Assembly: GCA_050290185.1 (NCBI GenBank)
Contig: JBNKHE010000001.1
Span: 226,713-290,712 of the forward strand
Source of the DNA: Pontiella sp.
GTDB taxonomy: Bacteria; Verrucomicrobiota; Kiritimatiellia; Kiritimatiellales; Pontiellaceae
Direction: 5' to 3'
DNA: 64,000 bases
In this document: positions 52,701 through 61,426 of the stretch, piece by piece
Layout of the letters: each line of letters starts with the position of its first letter
Numbering within the stretch: the first letter of the stretch is position 1
Notes under the pieces: model-generated
Told to the model about the DNA's origin: nothing
What the model saw: only the letters and a program-made list of their open reading frames with translations
Database searches by the model: none
Position numbers and translations under genes: made by a program

Positions 52701-53766
52701 CGCCGTTTTCGAACACGCTGCGCGCAACCGGCCAGGTGCCGTAATCCGGCGTCCAGGACAGCCCGGAATTATTCACCCGGTCCACATAGGCCGCCGGCGT
52801 CGTGATTTTATCGGATACGCCCCAGGGCGGAACACACTGGAAGGTGAGCCACGACACGTTCATGCGCTCCAGGTTCGCCACGGCCTCGACATCCAGGCCT
52901 CCGTTCTCGCCGCCCCATGTGCCGGCGGCGAACTCGGTCATGAAACAGGGATACCCTGCGGCAATGATATTGGCCACGGCAATTGCGTTGGCATCCGCGC
53001 CCGCATAGCCATGGAATCCAACCGCCTCGTTGGTCCACACCACGTCGGCGGAACCGAACACAGACGTGTTGAAGGCATGTATATCCGTCAAGGCGGCATC
53101 CGCCCCTCCCGAGTCGCCTAGCACCGCGTAGGTGAAAAGCAACACCGGCGTGTCCGGTGCATTCGCCCGGATGGTGTTGTAGGCGTCAATCTCCATATCG
53201 ACCGCCCCGGTAGGCGTGGCGGTCGGCGAAGAATAGGGAGGCCCCCAGGCGACCGGTTCGTTCTGGACTTCAAAAACGACATGCGTTTCATCGGCGTAGC
53301 GGGCGGCGTAGAAAGCCCAGAAGTCGTGAACCCACTGGGCGTTGTAGTTACCGTTGTTGGCCCCGTTGCCAATGGTCATAACCAGGTACATGCCCGCATC
53401 CCGCGTATACTGAACAATCTTGTCCACCTCGGTCGCATTGTAGCCCGGTGCCGTGCTGCCTGCATCGGGATAGTTTCCATCGAAGACCTCAGCGTACAGA
53501 TGCACCGCGTTGAATCCCATGTTGGTCATGGCCGCAATCTCCGCTTCGGGCACCGCCGAAGTCCATTCCGTGGAGGTGAAGGGGCCGCGCAACAACTGGC
53601 CGTTGTCGGCCACAAACGTCGTGCGCTCCGCATTGAGGTGCGGCCGGCCCCGTGCAACGCCATAGGCTGCAGGTGCAAGCATGACCTGCAACACAAGCAA
53701 CGCGAGCAAGGACAACGTGAAAAAAGGCAACCTGCCACGATCTCTTTCAAGCGGAATGGATTTCAT
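49795..53766 (-). CDS. Secreted GH5-type (clan GH-A) glycanase + CBM6-like + ricin-B + Fn3 + F5/8-like + DUF1349-like + C-terminal domain
   Basis: GFNAVHLY; QNEP acid/base; MTEF nucleophile; QAEDFDNGGEGVAY; start ATG 53766. Confidence 0.87.
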   Translation of the reverse strand: MKSIPLERDRGRLPFFTLSLLALLVLQVMLAPAAYGVARGRPHLNAERTTFVADNGQLLRGPFTSTEWTSAVPEAEIAAMTNMGFNAVHLYAEVFDGNYPDAGSTAPGYNATEVDKIVQYTRDAGMYLVMTIGNGANNGNYNAQWVHDFWAFYAARYADETHVVFEVQNEPVAWGPPYSSPTATPTGAVDMEIDAYNTIRANAPDTPVLLFTYAVLGDSGGADAALTDIHAFNTSVFGSADVVWTNEAVGFHGYAGADANAIAVANIIAAGYPCFMTEFAAGTWGGENGGLDVEAVANLERMNVSWLTFQCVPPWGVSDKITTPAAYVDRVNNSGLSWTPDYGTWPVARSVFENGGYPWTTPGYVNNTLSGTLRIQAEDFDNGGEGVAYHDLDTSNSGGQYRTGEGVDIEAASDAGGGYNVTSTEAGEWLEYTAKVSAAGMYNLRLRVAGASGGSVQVLAYGEDISGDWTLPATAGDQSWTTVAKSVFLRPGQQILRINVLEGGFNLNWIELSVQSSGPIANGTYKFLNAKTVQAMDVDVDNNVVVGDYTGVANEQWTLQNIGGGQYKITSVGAGDSWTTFGGPLHLGPWWGTSGDRCFIIMPTGDGFYQVFSAGGGKCFQPSVADAPLLEDVVYSGAAEQKWAVVSPSTPAFPSGVSAMVAGPNMATLNWNAVTGASSYNVKRSTASGGPYTTIATGVATTNYTDIGLSGIEYFYVVSAVAGGVEGLDSAEAALDYPELSGSIIGTAGSWGGSGNTIDKVFDNDFNTFFDAPNGNGAWVGLDFGSGSSNVVARINYCPRSGFESRMVGGIFQGANQLDFSDAVTLYTIATQPASGAFTSVDIAGSATFRYIRYLSPDNGFGNVAELEFCGYSTIEPVPVPDGLSVVAVSGSRIDLDWNAVDGATGYNIKRSTTRGGPYDTIASNVVASGYSDTGVVDGESYCYVVSTVADSRESASSAEVLVLPYPWSTQDVGSVGLAGSAVVSGGTFTISGSGTDIWDTDDAFRFVYTEITGDCALVARVASVDDTDPWAKGGIMIRKSLSANAANALIGVTPGNGISFQWRSSDGAGCGNNNAGTTGLVAPYWVKLVRSGNAFTAYRSANGTSWTQQGTSQTIGMGSTVYVGLAVTAHNNAALCAATFDQISGFVPPPAAPADLGAVAVSDTRIDLSWAASAGADSYNVKRSTTSGSPYETVVSNVVSTSYSDASGLSAGTRYYYVVSAVNTDGESGNSDETNAVPSAVVSSNEYFIADHAIIDGANMSMTVSNSIPGHDYWILATDSLLAPDWQLVGVGQAGTGSNLEFSIPIDGISTNRYFKLDVQRQ

Positions 53767-53996
53767 TAATCTTCTACCTCTTTTGTTCAGAATCCAACGA
53801 CATGCAATCCGGGTCTGCGCATCCCCTTCGCGACGGTACGTCCACCCCGAAAGGTACTTTGAACCACTTTGCATGGTTGCATCTCTATGCAGGATCAGAC
53901 AATGGGTGTTTTTGAACGAAAAATACGGATTCATGAAACCCAACATCCGGATCAGCACGGCACAGGATGGATTTGCATGAACAGCCAGCCGAATCC

Positions 53997-56909
53997 TTAT
54001 CGTTCTACCGGCGTTTTCACTGCCAATGTTGCAATATCCCCGGGGCTGAGCGCGCTGGCGTAGATACGGAAGTCGTCCACCCTCGCCTTGAGCAAGGGAT
54101 CGGGAAACTGCGATGTGCCGATGTAGTTCCGGGAGGTTTTTCCAAGCGAGTCCGGCGCAAGCGCAAGTTCGGCATTGCGCCCGACGGCCTCGCCGTTGAG
54201 GTAGAGTGTACCGGCGCCGTCCTTCTCCACCACGGCGACATGCGCCCACTCGCCAACGGGCACGGATTTCGATCCGTTGATGGTCTTTTCGTCGCCGTCG
54301 TGCTTAATGGAAAATCGCATGTTCCCGCCATCACCGCTGATAGGTGAAAGATACATATAGGTTTCGGTATCGTTGCCGAAATCAAACAGCCGGGACCATG
54401 GTACCGGAGCATCAATATAAACCCACGCGGTGACACTGAAGTTCGTCAGCCCGGCCATAATGCCTTCAGGCAGTTCAACATAGTCGTTTTCCCCGTCGAG
54501 GACGATCGCCTTGCCGGAGACGCCCGGCCCATGGTCGGGCGAGCCGGAACATTTGCCGTCTAGATTGTTGCCGGATGAATCGGCTACTTTTCGATCGCTG
54601 GAATCATCGAACGTAAACTGCAGGTGCAGCTTTCCCGGGCTGGCTTCAATGCTGTCCGGCCCCTCGCCGCCTTTCCCGACGGCGCTGACAACATAGAAAT
54701 ACTCCTTGTCCTTGGCGGCACCGGGATCGGTGAACATCAGCTTTAAAACCGGCTTGGGGGCCGCCGTGTAGGGACCACCGCTCTGGTCCGCGCGTTTGAC
54801 GATGTAGCCCTTGGCCCCGGGAACAGGATTCCACGTCAGTTTCACTCGACTGGAAGATACGCGTTCAGCGGCCAATCCCGTCGGAATAGGCATTGCGCCG
54901 GCATCCTGGATGGCCCACTGCTGATCCCACCCAACGTTGGAATTGCGTTGGTCTAGCTGGGTGCCACTTTGGAGGGAGGCGTTTTTGACACCGATCCGGG
55001 AGCCTCTATTCACCGGCGCGATGCTGAAGTAGCCGTCGCCCTCCGCCCGAATGATGAAGCGCTGGTTGCTGCCCGTGTTCTCGCCGCCCCACCAGAAGAG
55101 GTTCACCCCTTTTCCGCCACCATCGCTCCAGAACCACTTGTTCTCCAGCGACGAAATGCGGTACTGCCCCGCCCCGAGATGTTCCAGCTTCCACAGTTGT
55201 GCTTTCATTTTCTTGAAGGGAGCCTGGATCACCACGTTGTCGCCGACCTTCTTGGCAAATTCGTTGCCGCCGGCGGCCTTGTTGGCAGCATCGAGTTTCA
55301 GAACTTCGTCCATATCGATGTTCTCGGTCTTGTTCATCATCGCCAGTCCGCTGTTGCGGTTCACGATCTTGTATTCCCCGGAGGGAAGCGGACCGTCCTC
55401 CAACGGCGCAAATTCAATCCAGTTCAAGGCGCAGCCGCCTTCTGGAACCTCCACCCGCAGCACATTGCGTCCATAGCCGAGGAATACATTCTGCTCGACC
55501 GTGCGGAAGGAACTGCCCGCCGGTTCAAGGGGAAGTTGCGCGATCTCGCCTCCACCGAGAAGCATGCGGAGTTTTGCGGGCTTCGCGGCCGCATAGCGCA
55601 GGGCGAGTTGGAAGACTCCGGGCTCCTTCACATAGATCGTGTATTCCAGCCACTCGCCTTCGTCGGCAACCACCGCAAAGCCAGATCCTCCGTCGGTGAC
55701 CGCCCGGATGTCCACCCCCTCCTCCGGACGATAGCCGCCGCGATGCGTCTTTGGACTCTTGACGTGAAAAGCGACGCCTTCTCCGCCCGTATCGAAATCC
55801 TCGAACTCCAGGCGCATCGTCCCCTTCAGCTCGTCGCCATCCCAGGTATGCGGGGTTTCCCGCGGCAGGCCGTCGTTGCCGTAGACCCCGCGCTCGGGTG
55901 GCCAGTGGCCGAAGTCGGGCGTCCACGAGAGCCCGCCTTGCTCAACACGATCCTTGAAGCTTTTCGGATCGGTGACGAATTCCGAAACGCCGGTTGGAGG
56001 AACGGTCAGAAAGGTGAGCCACGAAATGCCCATTCGCTCCAGCGAGGCCGTGAGTTCGATATCCTGGCCGCCCGCACCGCCCCACTTTCCGCCGTGGAAT
56101 TCGGTCATGATGCATGGATAGCCGGCAGCCAGAATTTCCTTCACCGCAAGCGGTGTGTTGTTGTGTCCGGCATAGCCGTGGAAAGCGATGGCCGCGTTGC
56201 TCCAGACCTTTGCGGGATCAATCCCGATTTCCTTATTGAAGATCTCAATATCCTGAAGCGCCGCCTCGCCACCTTCCTTGCCTCCCAGCACAGAATAGTC
56301 AAAGAGCAGGATCGGCGTATCTGGCGCGGCGGCGCGGATTGTCTTGTAGGCGTCGATCTCCATCGAAATGGCACCCGGCGGAGTCGCGTTGGGGTTGCTG
56401 TAGGGCGGGCCCCAGGCAACCGGCTCGTTCTGTACTTCGAAAAGGACGTGCGTCTCGTTCGCGTAGCGCTCCGCGTACAACGCCCAGAAATCATGGATCC
56501 ACTTCGCATTGTAGTTGCCGTTGTTCGCGCCGTTGCCGATGGTAATCACCAGATACAGGCCCAGATCGCGCGTATACTTCACGATCTTATCCACATCGTC
56601 CATATGATATCCCGGAGCCGTACTGCCCGGACTGGGATAGTTGATGTCGAAGCATTCCGCATACAGGTGAACCGCGTTGAAGCCGAGATCCTTCATCTTT
56701 GCGATTTCCGATTCGGGAGCCGCCGAAGTCCATTCGGTGGAGGTATAGGGTCCACGCAATAGTTTGCCGTTGTCGGCCACGAACGTCGTGCGCGCGGCAT
56801 TGAGTTGCGGGCGGCCGCGCGGAATGGTGATGGCAGCAGATGCGGTCTCCAGCCCCCACAGCACCATGAACAACATGCAGAGTATCAGTCTCGTTGCTTG
56901 TTTTTTCAT
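53997..56909 (-). CDS. GH5-type glycanase + CBM6-like + ricin-B + Fn3 + LamG (no C-terminal sorting-like domain)
   Basis: Paralogous catalytic domain (QNEP, MTEF); LamG motif WSRLFDFG..WAHVAV..DDFRIY. Confidence 0.88.
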   Translation of the reverse strand: MKKQATRLILCMLFMVLWGLETASAAITIPRGRPQLNAARTTFVADNGKLLRGPYTSTEWTSAAPESEIAKMKDLGFNAVHLYAECFDINYPSPGSTAPGYHMDDVDKIVKYTRDLGLYLVITIGNGANNGNYNAKWIHDFWALYAERYANETHVLFEVQNEPVAWGPPYSNPNATPPGAISMEIDAYKTIRAAAPDTPILLFDYSVLGGKEGGEAALQDIEIFNKEIGIDPAKVWSNAAIAFHGYAGHNNTPLAVKEILAAGYPCIMTEFHGGKWGGAGGQDIELTASLERMGISWLTFLTVPPTGVSEFVTDPKSFKDRVEQGGLSWTPDFGHWPPERGVYGNDGLPRETPHTWDGDELKGTMRLEFEDFDTGGEGVAFHVKSPKTHRGGYRPEEGVDIRAVTDGGSGFAVVADEGEWLEYTIYVKEPGVFQLALRYAAAKPAKLRMLLGGGEIAQLPLEPAGSSFRTVEQNVFLGYGRNVLRVEVPEGGCALNWIEFAPLEDGPLPSGEYKIVNRNSGLAMMNKTENIDMDEVLKLDAANKAAGGNEFAKKVGDNVVIQAPFKKMKAQLWKLEHLGAGQYRISSLENKWFWSDGGGKGVNLFWWGGENTGSNQRFIIRAEGDGYFSIAPVNRGSRIGVKNASLQSGTQLDQRNSNVGWDQQWAIQDAGAMPIPTGLAAERVSSSRVKLTWNPVPGAKGYIVKRADQSGGPYTAAPKPVLKLMFTDPGAAKDKEYFYVVSAVGKGGEGPDSIEASPGKLHLQFTFDDSSDRKVADSSGNNLDGKCSGSPDHGPGVSGKAIVLDGENDYVELPEGIMAGLTNFSVTAWVYIDAPVPWSRLFDFGNDTETYMYLSPISGDGGNMRFSIKHDGDEKTINGSKSVPVGEWAHVAVVEKDGAGTLYLNGEAVGRNAELALAPDSLGKTSRNYIGTSQFPDPLLKARVDDFRIYASALSPGDIATLAVKTPVER

Positions 56910-56933
56910 TTTATCAGCCTTTTTCGCCGGCTC

Positions 56934-59618
56934 CTATTTTACCGGCACCTGTACCGCCTGACCGGTGTACTTCACCACAGCATCCGGCTGTTCGGACGGA
57001 TCAATGCCGACCCCGTGATCAGATGATACCCACACAACATGGAACGTCCGGGTTTTGAGCATGCCGGGGAAAGTGCCCTTGCGCTTGCCGATGACGAGCG
57101 TCTGCTGCTCTTCATTCCATTGAATCGGAATAATGGCGTGGTTGCCCTTTTCATAGTCGTAGTTGTCGCCTTCGTCCTCATACAGCGCAAAGTGCCCGTC
57201 AGCCCCGGTATAAACACGCAGCTCGATCGTATCGGACGACTTCTCACCGACGTATTGTTGTTTCGGACCGAGCGGTACGATGGAACCGGCACGGACATGC
57301 AGCGGAATCTGATCAAGCGGCGACGCGGCCTTTACGCGCTGGCCGCCGTTTAGTTTTTTTCCGGTCCAGAAGTCAATCCAGCCTGCTTCGTTTTGCGGCA
57401 GGTAGACGTCCCACTCCTTCACGCCCGGCTCCAGCACCGGAGAGACAAGGAATGCGGGACCGAACATATATTCATAGCTTTGCGTCAGGGCCGTTTCATC
57501 GCCGGCAAAATCCATCACCAGCGGGCGCATGAGGGTTGTGCCCTCGAACGTCATGCGGGCGGCTTCGCTGTAGATGTACGGAAAGAGGCGGTAGCGAAGA
57601 TCAAGATAGCGTTTGGCCTCCTGCTCGACTTCCGCGCCATAGCGCCAGAATTCCGTATCGGTCTGGTAGCCGTGAACGCGCTGCAGCGGGCAGAACGTGG
57701 AATACTGGAACCAGCGGATAAACCGTTCATGGAAGCCCTTGTCCTGGTATTGTCCGCCGCCGGGCCGGAAGAAGCCGCCGGTATCGGTCGTCCAGTACGG
57801 AAGGCCCGCGGCGACAAAGTTCAGGCCCGCCGGAACCTGCCGGCGCAGGGTTTCCCAGCTGTTACCAATATCCCCCGACCACGTCGCAGCCGCATAGCGC
57901 TGCTGGCCGAGGAAGGCTGAACGGGTCAGTATGAAAACTCGTTGGTCAGGCCGACCATGGCGCTGCCCTTCATAGACGGTCTTCGTGACGAAGAGCGGAT
58001 AGACCAGGCGCATCTTTTCGCCGGGACCGACATGCGTCTTGCGTCCGACCAGATCGTCGTTTTCCGGTTCGGTGGCATCCTGCCACCATGCATCGATCCC
58101 CAGCGACAGCAGTTTTTCACTGAAGTTTTTCCAATAGAATGCGGCGGCATCGGGATTGAAGAAATCGACCCACTGGGTGCCGGGAATGTAATAGCCCTTC
58201 TCTGCAAACGCCCGGCCCACTTCGGAATTCGGATCAATCTTCGACCAGACCGAGAGCATCAGGCGGGCATTCATTGCATGCAGTTCCTCGACCATCTCAG
58301 CAGGATCGGGATATTGATCTTCATCGAAGCGCATGGCATTCCAGCCATACTTCCCCCAATACTGCCAATCCTGCACCATGACATCCATGGGTAGCTTGCG
58401 CTGGCGAAATTCACGCGCGTTTTCCAGCAACTGTTGCTGGGAACTGAAGCGTTCCCGGCAATGGATGTACCCGAAGATCCAGTCCGGAAGCAACGTGGCA
58501 GCACCCGTCAGATCGCGGTAGGCTCCGATCGCCTCGTCGCCCGTTCCGGCAAAAAAGACATAGTCCAGCGCATCGGCCACCGGGGACCGAAGAACGGTGG
58601 TATCCTGTTCCGAGCGGAAGAAAACCGACGGCTTGTCGTTCCGTTCCCCCCGAACCGTAATCGTATGGGTGCCGGCGGAGAGATCCATCTTCCAGCTGGT
58701 AGTAGGAGGCAACCATAAATTCCTGAAATCAAAGAGCGTTTCCCCGTCGATCTCGATGTGCCACCGGTTCGCCATGCTGCGGCCGACATCCAACAGGAAG
58801 GCGTAGCTCCCCGCCTTATCCACGATGAAGTTGCCGCCGAATACGCCCTGCTGGCGGGTCTCCTGACGGGTCCCTTCGGTCGTGGTAACATCCACCGTCT
58901 CGGCATCGCCGTTGGCTTCGCCGGGCGAAAGATCGATCCGGTTGTCGGCCGGATTCAGATCCACCAGCCCATAATTATGCCACAGCAATGCATAGCCCTT
59001 GCTGGAGAGAAAAAACGGTACCGCGATCTGGGAATTCACCTGGGTCAGCCGGCGCGGCAATCCACGCAGGTTGAACTCGCCATCCTGGAACTGGCCGGAG
59101 CCGAACAGATATTCATCCGGAGGGGAAACGAAGGTCTGTTCCACCGCCAGCGTCGGCTCGCCATGCAGGATCGACCGCCTCACCGTCCTACCGCCCCCCA
59201 CCGGCTCCTGCAGCAGCACATTGCCTTCCGCATCCAGAAACGTTATGCGGCCGGACTTCCTATCGACTGCTACGGTCATTTTATCGGTTGAAACCGTGAC
59301 GGCATCCTCCTGTTCGTTGAACTTGAACGGAACGGGCCTGGTTTCCTGCAGCACCAGGCTGTCCAGGTCCGGCAACGCCTTCTCCGGCGTGTACAGCACC
59401 CGCACCGCCCGATCCGAGCAAAGCTGCAGCCGCAGGAGTCCGGATTCCATCCTGCAGGTCACCCCGTATGCATCCCGGGCCGCCTCCTTCAGCAGAACCG
59501 GAGCGGCCAAGGTTACGTTAATCATGACGCCCCAGATAAACAGAGAGAAAACCAAACGTATCATGAACAACAGCCTTCCCGTGTTTCGACGACTCTTGAT
59601 CTGGAATGACTGCTTCAT
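56934..59618 (-). CDS. GH31 alpha-xylosidase-like glycosidase
   Basis: VQDWQYW, WWQDATEPE, WSGDI, WTTDTGGF, YEDEGDNYDYEKG; AGAGGAG RBS. Confidence 0.93.
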   Translation of the reverse strand: MKQSFQIKSRRNTGRLLFMIRLVFSLFIWGVMINVTLAAPVLLKEAARDAYGVTCRMESGLLRLQLCSDRAVRVLYTPEKALPDLDSLVLQETRPVPFKFNEQEDAVTVSTDKMTVAVDRKSGRITFLDAEGNVLLQEPVGGGRTVRRSILHGEPTLAVEQTFVSPPDEYLFGSGQFQDGEFNLRGLPRRLTQVNSQIAVPFFLSSKGYALLWHNYGLVDLNPADNRIDLSPGEANGDAETVDVTTTEGTRQETRQQGVFGGNFIVDKAGSYAFLLDVGRSMANRWHIEIDGETLFDFRNLWLPPTTSWKMDLSAGTHTITVRGERNDKPSVFFRSEQDTTVLRSPVADALDYVFFAGTGDEAIGAYRDLTGAATLLPDWIFGYIHCRERFSSQQQLLENAREFRQRKLPMDVMVQDWQYWGKYGWNAMRFDEDQYPDPAEMVEELHAMNARLMLSVWSKIDPNSEVGRAFAEKGYYIPGTQWVDFFNPDAAAFYWKNFSEKLLSLGIDAWWQDATEPENDDLVGRKTHVGPGEKMRLVYPLFVTKTVYEGQRHGRPDQRVFILTRSAFLGQQRYAAATWSGDIGNSWETLRRQVPAGLNFVAAGLPYWTTDTGGFFRPGGGQYQDKGFHERFIRWFQYSTFCPLQRVHGYQTDTEFWRYGAEVEQEAKRYLDLRYRLFPYIYSEAARMTFEGTTLMRPLVMDFAGDETALTQSYEYMFGPAFLVSPVLEPGVKEWDVYLPQNEAGWIDFWTGKKLNGGQRVKAASPLDQIPLHVRAGSIVPLGPKQQYVGEKSSDTIELRVYTGADGHFALYEDEGDNYDYEKGNHAIIPIQWNEEQQTLVIGKRKGTFPGMLKTRTFHVVWVSSDHGVGIDPSEQPDAVVKYTGQAVQVPVK

Positions 59619-59703
59619 TCTTGCTCCTCTGTTCTTTTGCACGCTGCTATTTTCAAACACGGCGTCGTGACAACTGATCCGGGCCTGAAACAGCCCCGAT
59701 TAC

Positions 59704-59734
59704 TATAGGCGCCGTTCGAGTATTTTTCCGGCCA
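59704..59734 (-). promoter_or_regulatory. Candidate ECF-dependent promoter
   Basis: Minus strand TGGCCGGAAA-N11-GGCGCCTATA, about 85 bp upstream of the GH31 start. Confidence 0.6.
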
Positions 59735-59768
59735 AGAAATAGTGTCGCTCTCTTCCGCATTGGGCTGA

Positions 59769-59806
59769 TAAAGAAACAGGCTGTTTCCTTGTTTAAAGAA
59801 ACAGCC
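59769..59806 (-). terminator. Rho-independent terminator candidate after GH27
   Basis: 9-bp stem GGCTGTTTC/GAAACAGCC followed on the minus strand by TGTTTCTTT. Confidence 0.6.
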
Positions 59807-59836
59807 CGTTCCTGCTGCGTATTCCGACTTAGAAGC

Positions 59837-61411
59837 TTATTTCACAAGCGTGAGCTTCACGAACACCACTCCGTGCGGGGCGACCTTGGATTCAAATTTG
59901 CCCTGGAATTCGCCCAGGTCCTTCTGCCGCCAGAGGTCGCGCACGACATATTTTTCCCCGCCGTTCGCTGTCGGAAGATTGCCCCATGGGCCCCACTTCA
60001 CGTCAACGGTCTGTTCGGATTCGCCCCGATTGAACAGGCCGACCGCAAAAGAGCCGTCTTCAAGCCGCTTCGCATAGACAACCCGGCCGTCCTCGTTGCT
60101 GAACTGCGTAGCCTGACGGCCCAACGCATCCTGATTGACAGACAGCACTTCATCGTTCGTCAGCAGCCCAAGTGTAAAATCATCCAGCTGCGCGAGATCG
60201 CACCCGAGAATCAGCGGTGCGGAGAGCAGGCACCAGAGGCTGATATGCGTATATTGCTCATCGGGCGTGAGATTGCTCGGATGCAGGTGGGGACCCCAGC
60301 CGACCATACCGACAACCAGCATATCGGGATCGCTCCAGTGGCCCGGTCCGGTATAGGCGGCCCAGCGGTCCTGGGAAAACCCTTTTTGGCTCATGCTCTT
60401 CCAACTGTCGTTGATGTCCCCGGTCGTGCGCCATAGGTTGGACAGGCGCGCGTATTCGGCGGCGTCTTCGTAGATGCCGCTGTTTGACAGGCTGTAGACA
60501 AAATCGCGGCCGGTTGCCCGCAAAGCATCGGCCATCTCCTCGACGTGCGGAATATCGTTCGGGAACCAGTCGTACTTCAGATAGTCCACGCCCCACTCCG
60601 CCCATTGTTTGGCGTCCTGCGTGGCGAATGAATGCTTGCCGAAGGTCCAGTTGACCCAGGTGGGCTTGTTGTCGGGGGTTTTGAGTTTGTAGAATTCATT
60701 GATGTGTCCGTCTTCAACCCAGTCGTAGGTGCCGTCCTTGTTGTCGGAGGAACCGCCCACATATCCTGCGTACGTTCCGCGCCAGGGTCCCGAGTAGATC
60801 CCGAACTTGAGTCCGAGACCGTGAATCTCGTCTGCAAGCTCCTTCATGTCCGGAAACTTCTTGTTCGGCTGGATGGCATTAAGCTTTCCGTCGCGCTTGC
60901 CCTGCCAGCCGTCGTCAATATTGATAAACGTCCAGCCATGCTGCTGCAGCCCCTTTTCCGCCATCGCCCGCGCCGAGCTGAGCACCTTTTCCTGGCTCAC
61001 CGCGTCGCCCCAGCAGTTCCAGCTGCTCCAGCCCATCGGCGGCGTGAGCGCGATTTGGTCCCCCACCACGATGCGGAACTCCTTCGTGTCCGTCCCCAAT
61101 GCGTTCTTCGCCCCCAGCGTCACCGTGTACTCACCGGGCTTGGCAATCTTGCCGGTAATCCGGCCGGTTTCCGCATCCACCTTCAGGCCAGCCGGCAGAT
61201 CCTTGACGCCGAAATTCATCGGGCGCTTTCCGGTGACCGGGATGGAATAGAGGAACGGAGCCCCCGGCCGCATCCCGAAGACGTTGGGCCCGTTGATCCG
61301 CGGTGTGTCCGGCGCCGGCGGCGTGAGGATGACCTTTTCCTGCGCACCGCACCAGGCGGCCGCGCCCAGCACAGCACAGACAATCAGTGATCTCAGATAT
61401 CTTTTATTCAT
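59837..61411 (-). CDS. GH27 alpha-galactosidase-like with N-terminal Ig-like (He_PIG) domain
   Basis: TPPMGWSSWN, IDDGWQ, DYLKYDW, WRTTGDI, DPDMLVVG. Confidence 0.94.
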   Translation of the reverse strand: MNKRYLRSLIVCAVLGAAAWCGAQEKVILTPPAPDTPRINGPNVFGMRPGAPFLYSIPVTGKRPMNFGVKDLPAGLKVDAETGRITGKIAKPGEYTVTLGAKNALGTDTKEFRIVVGDQIALTPPMGWSSWNCWGDAVSQEKVLSSARAMAEKGLQQHGWTFINIDDGWQGKRDGKLNAIQPNKKFPDMKELADEIHGLGLKFGIYSGPWRGTYAGYVGGSSDNKDGTYDWVEDGHINEFYKLKTPDNKPTWVNWTFGKHSFATQDAKQWAEWGVDYLKYDWFPNDIPHVEEMADALRATGRDFVYSLSNSGIYEDAAEYARLSNLWRTTGDINDSWKSMSQKGFSQDRWAAYTGPGHWSDPDMLVVGMVGWGPHLHPSNLTPDEQYTHISLWCLLSAPLILGCDLAQLDDFTLGLLTNDEVLSVNQDALGRQATQFSNEDGRVVYAKRLEDGSFAVGLFNRGESEQTVDVKWGPWGNLPTANGGEKYVVRDLWRQKDLGEFQGKFESKVAPHGVVFVKLTLVK

Positions 61412-61426
61412 AATCTCCCCTCCTAC

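Noticed and set aside
53767..54249. Long N-terminal extensions in the ORF track (also 904, 17990, 46131, 27577, 22498)
   Set aside because: Downstream ATGs give proper RBS and signal peptides, and several extensions overlap neighbouring genes
54969..56762. 597-aa plus-strand ORF
   Set aside because: Antisense shadow of GH5
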